This document shows, piece after piece, positions 50,295 to 59,446 of a stretch of DNA of 64,000 bases. Every line of letters begins with the position of its first letter. Positions within the stretch are counted from its first letter, which is position 1. The notes under the pieces are model-generated. The model was given only the letters and a program-made list of their open reading frames with translations. It was not told the DNA's origin and did no database searches. This stretch comes from a virus. The stretch lies in IMG/VR virus record IMGVR_UViG_3300031994_000034; one strand, 5' to 3'. The position numbers and the translations under genes were made by a program.

Positions 50295-50598
50295 GAAGCG
50301 AGTATATATCAGCGGTGCCATAGCGCACTATGATTTGAACGAGCGCAGGGCGGCCTTCGGGCGTGCCGCAGCGTTTCTGCGCGGTCAGGGCTACGACGTG
50401 TTCAATCCGTTCGAGAACGGCCTTTCGCAGGACGAGGACTGGCGCAAGCACATGAGGGTGGACATCCGTGCTCTGGTGGACTGCGATACCATCTATATGC
50501 TCAGGGGGTGGGAATTGTCGAAGGGTGCGAAGTTAGAGCTGGATGTAGCCAGCAGTTGCGGCATACCCGTGTGGTTCCAGAGAGAAGCGGAGGAGTAA
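50293..50598 (+). CDS. DUF4406 / nucleoside 2-deoxyribosyltransferase-like protein
   Basis: MKRVYISGAI....N...F..A...L...G..VFNP......W..HM..DI..L..CD.IYML.GWE.S.GA..E pattern. Confidence 0.55.
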   Translation: MKRVYISGAIAHYDLNERRAAFGRAAAFLRGQGYDVFNPFENGLSQDEDWRKHMRVDIRALVDCDTIYMLRGWELSKGAKLELDVASSCGIPVWFQREAEE

Positions 50599-50604
50599 AC
50601 CGTT

Positions 50605-51729
50605 ATGTCTGCGCCGAAGTCCATAAGCATTTCTCCCCTGCCGGCCCTGCCGAAGTGCTGGAGTGACCTCTCGTGGCAGCAGCTCTGCCAGTGTTGGGAG
50701 GCGAAGATGCGCTACGGCGGCAACCCCGACGTTGCTCGGGCGGCGGCGTTGTTGAAGATGGTCGGGCTGGGGCGGAGTAATCAGAAAGCTCAGATAGACC
50801 CCCTCACCGGCGAGACCAGCCACATTCTCTCCGCTGCCGACGGACGCCTCTTCACCGTCACTCCCCGCGAACTGGCATGGATGGCTCAAAAGGCACTGCC
50901 CTGGTTTGACTATCCCTACGGCGACATGGGCGAGAAGGAGGAACGCGACGAGCAGGGAAAGATTACGAAAGAAGGGCGCGAGGCAGTGAGCGGTTACGTC
51001 AGTGATTTTCGCGACGCGATGATCCTGCCGGAGACGGAGGTGGTTATCGTGGGCGACAGGCTGTTGGCCGGCAGCGAATGGGAGCGCATGAGCGATAAGG
51101 AAAGAAAACTCTTAACTCTACACTCTAAACTCTCCACTCTCCACTTCTCCCTTCCCCAGATGGCGTGCAATAACATCACATGGCAGCAGTATCGCTCCAT
51201 GCAGGCACTGGCCCCGCAACTCTTCCACGAAGGGAACAGCGAGGAGGAAGCCCTCGACCTGCAGGCGCAGTTCTTGGCCTACTGCCTTGTGCCAGCCAAG
51301 GAGGATACCGCCACCGACGACCGATTTCGTCCGCGCCGCATCTACCGTTACGAAGCGGAACGTGCCGAGCAGACCATCCCGTTCTGGCGGGAGCGGTTAA
51401 CCCGGATCAGCCAGAATACTCAGAGTAATCAGGACACTCAGACCGTTCTCCCCCTCTTCCACATCTGCTTCCAGGCCTATCACACCGCCGTTCTCTACTA
51501 CGAGAAGGCCTATCCTCTCCTGTTCACTGATATCGGTAAGAGCCAGGAGTTCCGCGACGCCCTGCAAGGCGAAGTCGGCACCGTCAACTCCGTAATGAAA
51601 TACCAGGGCTACTCAGATCCTCAACAGGTCTATGATGCCAATCTCCCCATCATCCTCGATACGCTCAACACGATGGCAAAAGAGGCTAAGGAGATAGAGA
51701 AAATGAACGCTAAAATTAAGAAGAAATAA
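50605..51729 (+). CDS. hypothetical protein
   Basis: 374-aa ORF. It contains in-frame repeat insertions LLTLHSKLSTLHFSL and QNTQSNQDTQT. Confidence 0.6.
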   Translation: MSAPKSISISPLPALPKCWSDLSWQQLCQCWEAKMRYGGNPDVARAAALLKMVGLGRSNQKAQIDPLTGETSHILSAADGRLFTVTPRELAWMAQKALPWFDYPYGDMGEKEERDEQGKITKEGREAVSGYVSDFRDAMILPETEVVIVGDRLLAGSEWERMSDKERKLLTLHSKLSTLHFSLPQMACNNITWQQYRSMQALAPQLFHEGNSEEEALDLQAQFLAYCLVPAKEDTATDDRFRPRRIYRYEAERAEQTIPFWRERLTRISQNTQSNQDTQTVLPLFHICFQAYHTAVLYYEKAYPLLFTDIGKSQEFRDALQGEVGTVNSVMKYQGYSDPQQVYDANLPIILDTLNTMAKEAKEIEKMNAKIKKK

Positions 51730-51733
51730 AATT

Positions 51734-51934
51734 ATGGCAAGAGGTGCAATAAAAAACTCTGTACTGCTGCAGGAGGCGGCAAAAATGATTGCTGAATATC
51801 TTGAATCGGAGGTGTGCGACTTAATGGCCGACGAATACGACGGCGCTACTTATTGTCCGCCGGACTGCCCCAAAACCGTGGATGACGGATGCGTGTTGCA
51901 TCTTCTTAGGCTAAAGTGCATGAAAAAGCGATAA
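51734..51934 (+). CDS. hypothetical small Cys-containing protein
   Basis: 66-aa ORF. Confidence 0.5.
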   Translation: MARGAIKNSVLLQEAAKMIAEYLESEVCDLMADEYDGATYCPPDCPKTVDDGCVLHLLRLKCMKKR

Positions 51935-51967
51935 ACACGAAGTTATAACCAATTATAAAGCTACAAC

Positions 51968-53767
51968 ATGGAACAAATAACCCTACTTTACATCGACCTC
52001 TTCTGTGGCGCGGGCGGCACCAGCAGCGGCGTGGAGTATGCCCGCGTGGACGGCAGAAAGTGCGCCAAGGTCATTGCCTGTGTCAACCACGACAAGAATG
52101 CTATCCTCTCGCACCAGGCCAATCACCCGCACACGCTCCACTTCACCGAGGACATCCGCACGCTGGAACTGTCGCCGATGGTGACACACCTGCGGAAGAT
52201 GAAGGCGAGATACCCAAAGGCTCGTGTGGTACTATGGGCCTCACTGGAGTGTACGAACTTCTCAAAGGCCAAGGGTGGTCAGCCCCGCGATGCCGACAGC
52301 CGCACACTGGCAGATCACCTGTTCCGCTACATTGAGGCACTCGACGTTGACTACATCCAGATAGAGAACGTGGAGGAGTTTATGTGCTGGGGAGCGCTCG
52401 ATGAGAACGGTAAACCCGTGAGCAAGGACCAGGGCAGCGACTACCTGCGGTGGGTGCGCAAGGTGCAGGAATATGGCTACGACTTCGACTGGCGCATCCT
52501 GAATGCTGCCGACTTCGGAGCATACACCTCGCGCAAACGCTACTTCGGGCAGTTTGCCCGCCGTGGGCTGCCCATTGTCTTCCCCGAACAGACCTACGCG
52601 AAGAATGGCGACGAGGGAGGTCTCTTCAAAATGTACCACAAGTGGCGTGCCGTCCGCGACGTGCTCGACCTCGACGACGACGGCGAGAGCATCTTCACCC
52701 GCAAGAAGCCACTCTGCGAGAAGACGCTGGAACGCATCTACGCCGGCCTGGTGAAATTTGTGGCAGGAGGAAAGAAACAGTGCGAGGCGTGGATTCTGAA
52801 ATACAACTCCATGAACCAGCAGAACCACCACAACGCACCCTCCCTCGATGAGCCGTGCCCCACGGTGGCGTGCCAGAACCGCCTCGGACTGGTGAAGTGT
52901 CAGTTCCTCTCGAAGCAGTTTAGCGGCGACCCTGACAGCAAGAACATCGACATCGAGCAGCCTGCCGGCACCGTGACCACCATCGACCATCATGCACTGG
53001 TGTCATCAAGGTTCCTTACGGAGTATTTTGGTGGTGCTGACCACAACCATAGCATCGAGGAACCTGCGACCACTGTGACGACCAAGGAACGTCACGCCTT
53101 TGTGACGGCATACTACGGGAACGGCTACAACTCGTCGATTGACAGTCCTGCACCCACCGTGACCACGAAGGACAGGATTTCTCTCGTGAGCACGAAGTTC
53201 ATCGCCAACGAATACAGCGGCGGCGGTCAGCTCTCCAGCATTGAACAGCCGAACCCCGCCGTTCTCACTACGCCCAAGCAGAAAATTGTTACCTGCAAGC
53301 CGTGGTTGATGAGCACCGACTTCAATAATGTCGGAAGTTCTGTTGATGGGCCGGCACCAGTTATAACAGCATGTCACAAATATCATTACCTGATGAATCC
53401 CTATTCATTCAAGAGCGACGGCGGCAGCATCGAGAAACCTTGCTTTACGCTGATAGCGAGGATGGATAAGATGCCGCCCTACCTCATTACCACCAAGGAG
53501 GGCGAGGTGGGCATCGCCATCTACGAGAGCGACAGCCTCTGGACGCGAAAGGTGAAGGAGTTTATGGCTGCTTATGGCATCATCGACATTTGTATGCGTA
53601 TGCTGAACATCGGCGAACTGAAACGCATCATGGGCTTCCCCACCGACTACGTTCTCGTAGGTACCCAAGCCGAGCAAAAGAAATACATCGGCAACGCCGT
53701 GGAGGTGAACATGAGCCGCGTGCTCTGCGAGGCACTGGCCCGGAAACTTGAAAGTATTAACAAATAA
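51968..53767 (+). CDS. DNA cytosine-5 methyltransferase with seven tandem TRD-like repeats
   Basis: Motif I DLFCGAGGTSSG, motif IV-like SLECTNFS, motif VI ENV, motif VIII SRKRYFG, motif IX LNIGELKRIMGFP, motif X GNAVEV. Between VIII and IX there are seven (I/V/L)(D/E)xPxxx(V/I/L) units. Confidence 0.85.
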   Translation: MEQITLLYIDLFCGAGGTSSGVEYARVDGRKCAKVIACVNHDKNAILSHQANHPHTLHFTEDIRTLELSPMVTHLRKMKARYPKARVVLWASLECTNFSKAKGGQPRDADSRTLADHLFRYIEALDVDYIQIENVEEFMCWGALDENGKPVSKDQGSDYLRWVRKVQEYGYDFDWRILNAADFGAYTSRKRYFGQFARRGLPIVFPEQTYAKNGDEGGLFKMYHKWRAVRDVLDLDDDGESIFTRKKPLCEKTLERIYAGLVKFVAGGKKQCEAWILKYNSMNQQNHHNAPSLDEPCPTVACQNRLGLVKCQFLSKQFSGDPDSKNIDIEQPAGTVTTIDHHALVSSRFLTEYFGGADHNHSIEEPATTVTTKERHAFVTAYYGNGYNSSIDSPAPTVTTKDRISLVSTKFIANEYSGGGQLSSIEQPNPAVLTTPKQKIVTCKPWLMSTDFNNVGSSVDGPAPVITACHKYHYLMNPYSFKSDGGSIEKPCFTLIARMDKMPPYLITTKEGEVGIAIYESDSLWTRKVKEFMAAYGIIDICMRMLNIGELKRIMGFPTDYVLVGTQAEQKKYIGNAVEVNMSRVLCEALARKLESINK

Positions 53768-53779
53768 AAAGCTACAACA

Positions 53780-54235
53780 ATGATGAAACCAACAGAACTA
53801 ATGAACGGCGACTATGTCCGCGTGAATAGACCGGGACTTTGCATCAAGGAGGGTACCGTAGTGCAAATTTTGTCAGTTGACAGCGCGGATAGCCTCGTGA
53901 ATTTCAATTTGAAGGGCTCAGCAGTGTGCAAGCCTATCAATGACGATGACTATGAGGGAGGCATCTGGCTCAATTATCTTGACCCTATCCCTCTCACCAA
54001 GGAAATTCTGAAGAAGAACGGGTGGGAGTACAACGACGAAGAAGCAAAATTCTTCCCCAAAACATGGGTCGGCGGCGGACTGATGCTCCAGGAGCGTGAC
54101 GAAGGATTTATGATTGTTGTCACTTCAGACTACGACGACGAAGACACCAATGACACCCCGTTCGTTTTGCTTTACGTCCACGAATTGCAGCACGCCCTGC
54201 GGCTAAGAAGAATTGAAAAGGAGATAGAAGTATGA
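53780..54235 (+). CDS. hypothetical protein
   Basis: 151-aa ORF with the AGCTACAACA leader motif before the ATG. Confidence 0.6.
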   Translation: MMKPTELMNGDYVRVNRPGLCIKEGTVVQILSVDSADSLVNFNLKGSAVCKPINDDDYEGGIWLNYLDPIPLTKEILKKNGWEYNDEEAKFFPKTWVGGGLMLQERDEGFMIVVTSDYDDEDTNDTPFVLLYVHELQHALRLRRIEKEIEV

Positions 54236-55128
54236 AAACTTCTCTTACAGAACAGACGATACAACGGGTGCTGTCGGGATTCTTTGCGACGAACAGCGTG
54301 CGGTACAACATCGACGGGCTGTATGTGTTCGCATGGGAAAGCGACAAGCTGCTGAAGACTAAAGCGGGCTACTATTATGAGTTTGAGATTAAGATTTGCC
54401 GCTCAGACTTCAAGCATGATTTCACCAAGGTGGATAAGCACGCCATTCTTCGAGGTGATAAGTACATGCCAAAGTTCTGGGAGTACTTCGAGTTGAACAA
54501 ACATCACTACCCCACGTTGGAGCTGTGGGAAGCTGATTGCAGGAAACACAGCCAGCACTATTTTTGCGACCACTTCAAGCGCCCAAATTACTTCTACTAC
54601 GCCGTGCCGAAAGATATGGTGAGCGTTGATGAAGTGCCGGAGTATGCCGGGCTGATATATATCGAGGAGGAAGCCGACAAATGGGACTGCCACCGCTACA
54701 CAATCGAGAAGAAAGCGCCATGCCTACACAAGGAGAAATACACCGACGATGCACTGGGTCTGGGCGAGAAGTTCTACTACAATATGACTCGTTGGCGCGA
54801 CACGGCTCATAACTTCCAGCGTGACTATAATGAGAAATGCAAGGAGCTGAAGGACGAACTGGCATCCCATGGCCACGAGAAGACCTACGAGCAACTACAG
54901 CGCGAACTGACCTACGCCCTGCAACGTGAGGACGCACTGCGTGAGGAAGTCCGCGAGAAGACGCGACAGATGTTGCAACGCAGCTACGACCTGAAATACG
55001 ACGACATTGAACGGCACTTATTCATGGACGAACTGGAAAGGCTGGGCGTGGATGTGAAGCAATGCTACGCCGAAATCCGCGAGAAAGCCACTGCGAAATA
55101 CAAAGAAAGATACCCATATAACAATTAA
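54232..55128 (+). CDS. possible PD-(D/E)xK nuclease-fold protein (MmcB-like)
   Basis: YVFAWESDKLL..KAGYYYEFEIKICRSDFKHDFTK resembles the E..D...ExK core. ATGA overlap with the upstream gene. Confidence 0.4.
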   Translation: MKTSLTEQTIQRVLSGFFATNSVRYNIDGLYVFAWESDKLLKTKAGYYYEFEIKICRSDFKHDFTKVDKHAILRGDKYMPKFWEYFELNKHHYPTLELWEADCRKHSQHYFCDHFKRPNYFYYAVPKDMVSVDEVPEYAGLIYIEEEADKWDCHRYTIEKKAPCLHKEKYTDDALGLGEKFYYNMTRWRDTAHNFQRDYNEKCKELKDELASHGHEKTYEQLQRELTYALQREDALREEVREKTRQMLQRSYDLKYDDIERHLFMDELERLGVDVKQCYAEIREKATAKYKERYPYNN

Positions 55129-55140
55129 AAAGCTACAACA

Positions 55141-55866
55141 ATGAAACTGAAACACATCACCTTCACGGGCATCGACGCCCGAACCGACCTGCAGGAACTG
55201 CAGGACATACAACGGCAGTACCCACTGGCGGAGTTTGGTGTGCTGACAAGCTACCACTGGTATGAGAACACGCAGCGCTACCTCAATCCGCAGTTCCTGC
55301 CCAACCTCTATGGACGTGGGCTGAACCTCGCCCTGCACATCTGCGGCTCGGCGGCCCACGACGCTATAGACGGGTTTTGGAACCGCATCAACCGCCACAC
55401 CGTAGCGTATCTCTACAGGTGTATGTTCCAGCGCGTGCAGCTCAACGTGGCCAACCGCAGCGACAACCCCGACCGTCTGGCCAGTATGCCGCCCAACTGC
55501 TGCGCCGATGTCATCATCCAGCAGCGCCCCGGCGATGCAGCGCTCTTTGAGCGCAGCCTGTGGGTAGGCCGCGTGAACCCCCGGCTCAGGACTGTATCAA
55601 TGCTGATAGACGGCAGCGGCGGGCTGGGCATCGACACGCCCATCAGTATTTACCAATCAGCAGAAAAGATCGGCTATGCCGGCGGCATCTCGCCCGACAA
55701 CGTGGCCGGCAAACTGACGTACCTCTTCGAGAACGTCCGCGACGGCGAGTTCTGGATTGACATGGAGAGCGGCGTAAGGACAGACGACTGGTTCGACCTC
55801 GACAAGGTGCGCCGCGTGCTGGAGACGTGCCAGCCGATTATTAAGGAATATAGCAGGGAGGACTGA
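55141..55866 (+). CDS. TrpF-like (phosphoribosylanthranilate isomerase-like) TIM-barrel protein
   Basis: MLIDGSGGLGIDTP....IGYAGGISPDNV....WIDMESGVRT parallels the TrpF C-terminal half. Confidence 0.4.
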   Translation: MKLKHITFTGIDARTDLQELQDIQRQYPLAEFGVLTSYHWYENTQRYLNPQFLPNLYGRGLNLALHICGSAAHDAIDGFWNRINRHTVAYLYRCMFQRVQLNVANRSDNPDRLASMPPNCCADVIIQQRPGDAALFERSLWVGRVNPRLRTVSMLIDGSGGLGIDTPISIYQSAEKIGYAGGISPDNVAGKLTYLFENVRDGEFWIDMESGVRTDDWFDLDKVRRVLETCQPIIKEYSRED

Positions 55867-55869
55867 GCG

Positions 55870-56007
55870 ATGGCAGCATTCCAGTGTTTCTTCTGTGCGA
55901 AGTTCGCCAAGTGCGACGACCACAGGGCAGACTGCCAGGCGTGGGAGGCCAAGCCGACAGAGACCGTCCGCAAGCGCGGCGGGAAAATGGAAGTAAAATT
56001 CAAATGA
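55870..56007 (+). CDS. hypothetical small Cys-rich protein
   Basis: Hand-translated 45 aa: MAAFQCFFCAKFAKCDDHRADCQAWEAKPTETVRKRGGKMEVKFK. GGAGGAnTGAnCGATG junction. Confidence 0.4.
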   Translation: MAAFQCFFCAKFAKCDDHRADCQAWEAKPTETVRKRGGKMEVKFK

Positions 56008-56066
56008 CAACAGGCATTATGAGTACACAACCGACTTGTATTGTAAAGCCGGAGGGGAACTGATTT

Positions 56067-56297
56067 ATGGCTCAAGAAGTAATTTCCTACACCCTCCGCT
56101 CAGACAGCAGCCAAACACCCTGTCCTCATGGCATGAAGGCTACATGCCTCAACTGCGGTATAAAGGAACCACGCCTGGTGCATGTCGGTTCATGGATGGA
56201 GCGCGACTGTCCTTTCTTTGTCGAAGACAAAGGCGGGCGGAATGGCGTCGTATGCGACTTTATACCTGACACATTCACCATTTATAATTCGAGATAG
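56067..56297 (+). CDS. hypothetical Cys-rich protein
   Basis: 76-aa ORF. Confidence 0.5.
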   Translation: MAQEVISYTLRSDSSQTPCPHGMKATCLNCGIKEPRLVHVGSWMERDCPFFVEDKGGRNGVVCDFIPDTFTIYNSR

Positions 56298-56299
56298 CT

Positions 56300-56647
56300 A
56301 TGCCCTACGGAATATGTAAAGTATGTGGATGCACGGACAACGATCCGTGCTTCAACCCAAAACACGGCAACTGCTGGTGGGCTGATGATACGCACGAACT
56401 GTGCAGTCATTGCGCCGATCCAGCGATTGCCAACGACCCAGAGACCGTTCACTGCATCAACTCACACGACCCATATAAGCAATCCATAGCTGAAAGGCTA
56501 ATATGCCTTCACTGTCGGCATTGGCACAAAGACAAGGATAGCGGCGATATTGAGGATGAAGATGCTTGGGGCGAATGCGACGTCAATGAATGGCGTGCGT
56601 ATGGCAGTGACCCCATGTGTGTGGATTTTGACGAAAAGGAGGACTAA
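56300..56647 (+). CDS. hypothetical Cys/His-rich protein
   Basis: 115-aa ORF containing CKVCGC..C..HC..C. Confidence 0.55.
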   Translation: MPYGICKVCGCTDNDPCFNPKHGNCWWADDTHELCSHCADPAIANDPETVHCINSHDPYKQSIAERLICLHCRHWHKDKDSGDIEDEDAWGECDVNEWRAYGSDPMCVDFDEKED

Positions 56648-56650
56648 ACA

Positions 56651-57253
56651 ATGTCGAGAAACTTCATACACAGGATTGACTTGCACCTAAAGGCAGGCAA
56701 GAGCGGACGATGGGAGGTCAGGCCGTTCACCGTCAGCGAACAGGACACGAAATGGTCTAAAGTGCGCTGCATCATCAACGGGTGCAGCGAGAGGGCGCTC
56801 GAAGCTGGCGACTACTGGATGCTGACAAAGGACGGCTTGCTGTATATGTCGAATACACCAGCCGAGGTGTGCGACCATGCCGACTTTATCGGAATGGCAT
56901 CTGGCAGCGTGCTCATTGCGGGACTGGGACTGGGCATGGTGGTGCAGGCATTGCTCGACCGTGGGCAGTGCCGGCGCATCGTAGTGGTAGAGAAATCGCA
57001 AGACGTAATCAACCTTGTGGCACCGTGCTATCAGGACCCGCGCGTGGAGATTGTCTGCGAAGACATTTTTCTGTACCGCCCGACGGAGCATTTCGACTAT
57101 GCGTGGTTCGACATCTGGCCAGACATCAGCGGCGACAACTATCCCGAGATGAAGCGTCTGCACCGTCGTTTTGCCCGCAGCGTGACGTTCCGATTCAGTT
57201 GGTGCCGCAAGGAGGCTCGCAAGCGGTACAATAGCGATATGCACGAGGCATAA
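56651..57253 (+). CDS. class I SAM-dependent methyltransferase fold (substrate unknown)
   Basis: VLIAGLGLGMVVQALL...IVVVEKSQDVI...FDYAWFDIW resembles a spermidine-synthase-like Rossmann methyltransferase. Confidence 0.5.
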   Translation: MSRNFIHRIDLHLKAGKSGRWEVRPFTVSEQDTKWSKVRCIINGCSERALEAGDYWMLTKDGLLYMSNTPAEVCDHADFIGMASGSVLIAGLGLGMVVQALLDRGQCRRIVVVEKSQDVINLVAPCYQDPRVEIVCEDIFLYRPTEHFDYAWFDIWPDISGDNYPEMKRLHRRFARSVTFRFSWCRKEARKRYNSDMHEA

Positions 57254-57323
57254 CTGAATAATTTTTGAATGTAATTTTGAATAATTTCCCTGCGACAGCA
57301 GGATAAGAACAAAGAAGCGAATT

Positions 57324-57854
57324 ATGGACGAACAAAAGATCGTAACGCTAAACCACCTGAAGAATTGGGTGGATGATTGGGTGAGAACCTGCCACAAGAA
57401 TAATGTGAACCCCAGTGACGTGCCCTTCCTTATTGAGAACGACAGACGCCAATACAGGCCATTCTCGGGCAGTATCGGTTTCGGCAGCCGTGGCGTAACG
57501 GTGGCCATCGAATACTTCAATAGCGACATCGTGCGCTACGAGCCCAAGGACAAGCGGCCCGAAGGCGGTGGCGAGTATTGGAAGAGCCGTGGAGCCAGTT
57601 CGGATGATGTCAGTGGCTTTGTGGAATCGAAGCCTGCAGGTGAGCGTTTGCTGCGCATGGTGAAGTACGTCCTCGAAACGGACGAACCGAAGACGCGGCT
57701 CGACTACCGCGAGTTTGAACCGAACTGGATTCAGTTCAAGTTCTCTGCCGAGGAATTTGACGTGGAGAAACTCGACCAGATGGCCCGCGACAACGGCAAC
57801 GTACTGACCGAGGCTATCGTCAGGAAGTGCGTGAAAGAACTGAAGGAGGAGTGA
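57324..57854 (+). CDS. hypothetical protein
   Basis: 176-aa ORF. Confidence 0.6.
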   Translation: MDEQKIVTLNHLKNWVDDWVRTCHKNNVNPSDVPFLIENDRRQYRPFSGSIGFGSRGVTVAIEYFNSDIVRYEPKDKRPEGGGEYWKSRGASSDDVSGFVESKPAGERLLRMVKYVLETDEPKTRLDYREFEPNWIQFKFSAEEFDVEKLDQMARDNGNVLTEAIVRKCVKELKEE

Positions 57855-57857
57855 GCG

Positions 57858-58067
57858 ATGACCGACCGTATGAAGATAGAACGCGGCAAGACTTATGTCT
57901 GCCTGAAGAGCCTGCACAGCAACGTGGGACCTGACCACATGGCTTTCACCGAGGGCAGCGAGTACACCGCCGACCATGACAATGCCCTCTACGGCGACGA
58001 TAACCTGAGTTACGCCCTGCCCGCCCACTGGCGGCTGGCCGACTGGTTTAAACTGAAGGAGGAGTGA
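57858..58067 (+). CDS. hypothetical protein
   Basis: 69-aa ORF with the GGAGGAGTGAGCGATG junction. Confidence 0.5.
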   Translation: MTDRMKIERGKTYVCLKSLHSNVGPDHMAFTEGSEYTADHDNALYGDDNLSYALPAHWRLADWFKLKEE

Positions 58068-58070
58068 GCG

Positions 58071-58535
58071 ATGGAAAGAGAGCAGATAACCATCAACGGC
58101 ATGGAGTTCCGCGCCGAGCAGCTGATGCCCAATTACCAGGGCAAGTACGACTGCATCTGCGAGAACTGTATCTTCAATGCCGACTGGGTGGACTTCGGAG
58201 AGGACTTCCCATGCATGAAGGTGAAGTGCATGATAAACGACGGGCGTAACGGCAACCGCAACGTGTGGACCGCCGTTGGCGACCGCGATCTGTTAAAGCG
58301 AAAGCCAGTCACCTGGTGGGTGTCGTTCACCTACAACTACGAGTACCTTGAATGCGACGGCATCTGGGAGAGCGACAGCAGCAGCGACGCACGCAGATTC
58401 CTGTGCCGCGAGGAGAATATAGAGAAGAAGGTTATGGAATACGTCAAGGAAGAGCTCGCCTACGACAACGGCGATATCCGCAACATCAAGATTGAGATAG
58501 AAGACCACTACATCACAACCGACAACGAAGTGTGA
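58071..58535 (+). CDS. hypothetical protein
   Basis: 154-aa ORF with the GGAGGAGTGAGCGATG junction. Confidence 0.6.
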   Translation: MEREQITINGMEFRAEQLMPNYQGKYDCICENCIFNADWVDFGEDFPCMKVKCMINDGRNGNRNVWTAVGDRDLLKRKPVTWWVSFTYNYEYLECDGIWESDSSSDARRFLCREENIEKKVMEYVKEELAYDNGDIRNIKIEIEDHYITTDNEV

Positions 58536-58582
58536 CCGACAGCTTCAAATTATGAACACAACGAATAAACGAGAAACGAATT

Positions 58583-59047
58583 ATGAAGTACATCAACGCA
58601 GATAAAATCAAGGCCGAGATAAAACGGCGAATGTCCGAAGAAGTGGCATTGTTCGAAGAACAGTGCCAGGGCGGGCGGGAGCCGAGCCCGAGCAGCGCCG
58701 TCGTACACATGAGATACCAGCAGCTGCTGAAGTTTATCGACCAGATGCAGCAGGAGGAGCCACTGCCTCCAGGCATTGAGAATGAGAGCCGGAAGAAGGA
58801 GATTCGACCAGGAAGGCGTAAAGGAAATCATCAGCAAGGAGGACCCGCAGCCATGAGACTACTGCTACGATGGATATTCTACATTGCTTGCGTCACGGCG
58901 GCGTACTTCCTGCTCGACATCGGCTTCGGCCAGTATTGGCAGGCTTCGCGCCTGGTGGGCTTCATCAGCAGGAACGCGGGCGTATGCCTGCTGCTGATTA
59001 CGGGAGCCTACCTCCAGAGGCAGATAATAGATCGAGAAATGGAATAA
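58583..59047 (+). CDS. hypothetical protein with C-terminal membrane segments
   Basis: 154-aa ORF. The second half reads MRLLLRWIFYIACVTAAYFLLDIGF... Confidence 0.5.
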   Translation: MKYINADKIKAEIKRRMSEEVALFEEQCQGGREPSPSSAVVHMRYQQLLKFIDQMQQEEPLPPGIENESRKKEIRPGRRKGNHQQGGPAAMRLLLRWIFYIACVTAAYFLLDIGFGQYWQASRLVGFISRNAGVCLLLITGAYLQRQIIDREME

Positions 59048-59065
59048 TGGAAAAGACAACGGATT

Positions 59066-59410
59066 ATGACGAAAATCAGCGAGCTACGCAAGCAACTCGG
59101 CTTAGACAGCCGTATGGGCAAGGTGAAATGCAAGGTGTGCGGCAAGGAGCTGGAAGTACCAAATATGTATTCGGAGCGCGACCGCAATGCTGTGCTCAAG
59201 CCCTACTGCTGCACCACTACGGTGCTCCACGTGCAGTGGCTCATCCACCACGGGTGGCACGTCAGCAACTACGATGCCGACCCCGCCGGGGCGTTCTACT
59301 GTCCAGACTGCTTCCCCAAGGGCACGCCTGAGTTCAGCAGCAGTGCGGCAGGCAAGGACTGGTGCGAGCAGGCCGAGCGGTGGATGAGAGAGAACGACGG
59401 CAAACAATAA
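59066..59410 (+). CDS. zinc-ribbon protein
   Basis: 114-aa ORF containing CKVCGK ... CPDC. Confidence 0.55.
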   Translation: MTKISELRKQLGLDSRMGKVKCKVCGKELEVPNMYSERDRNAVLKPYCCTTTVLHVQWLIHHGWHVSNYDADPAGAFYCPDCFPKGTPEFSSSAAGKDWCEQAERWMRENDGKQ

Positions 59411-59446
59411 ATATTAGAAACAATAATCATTTAAACGACAACGACA

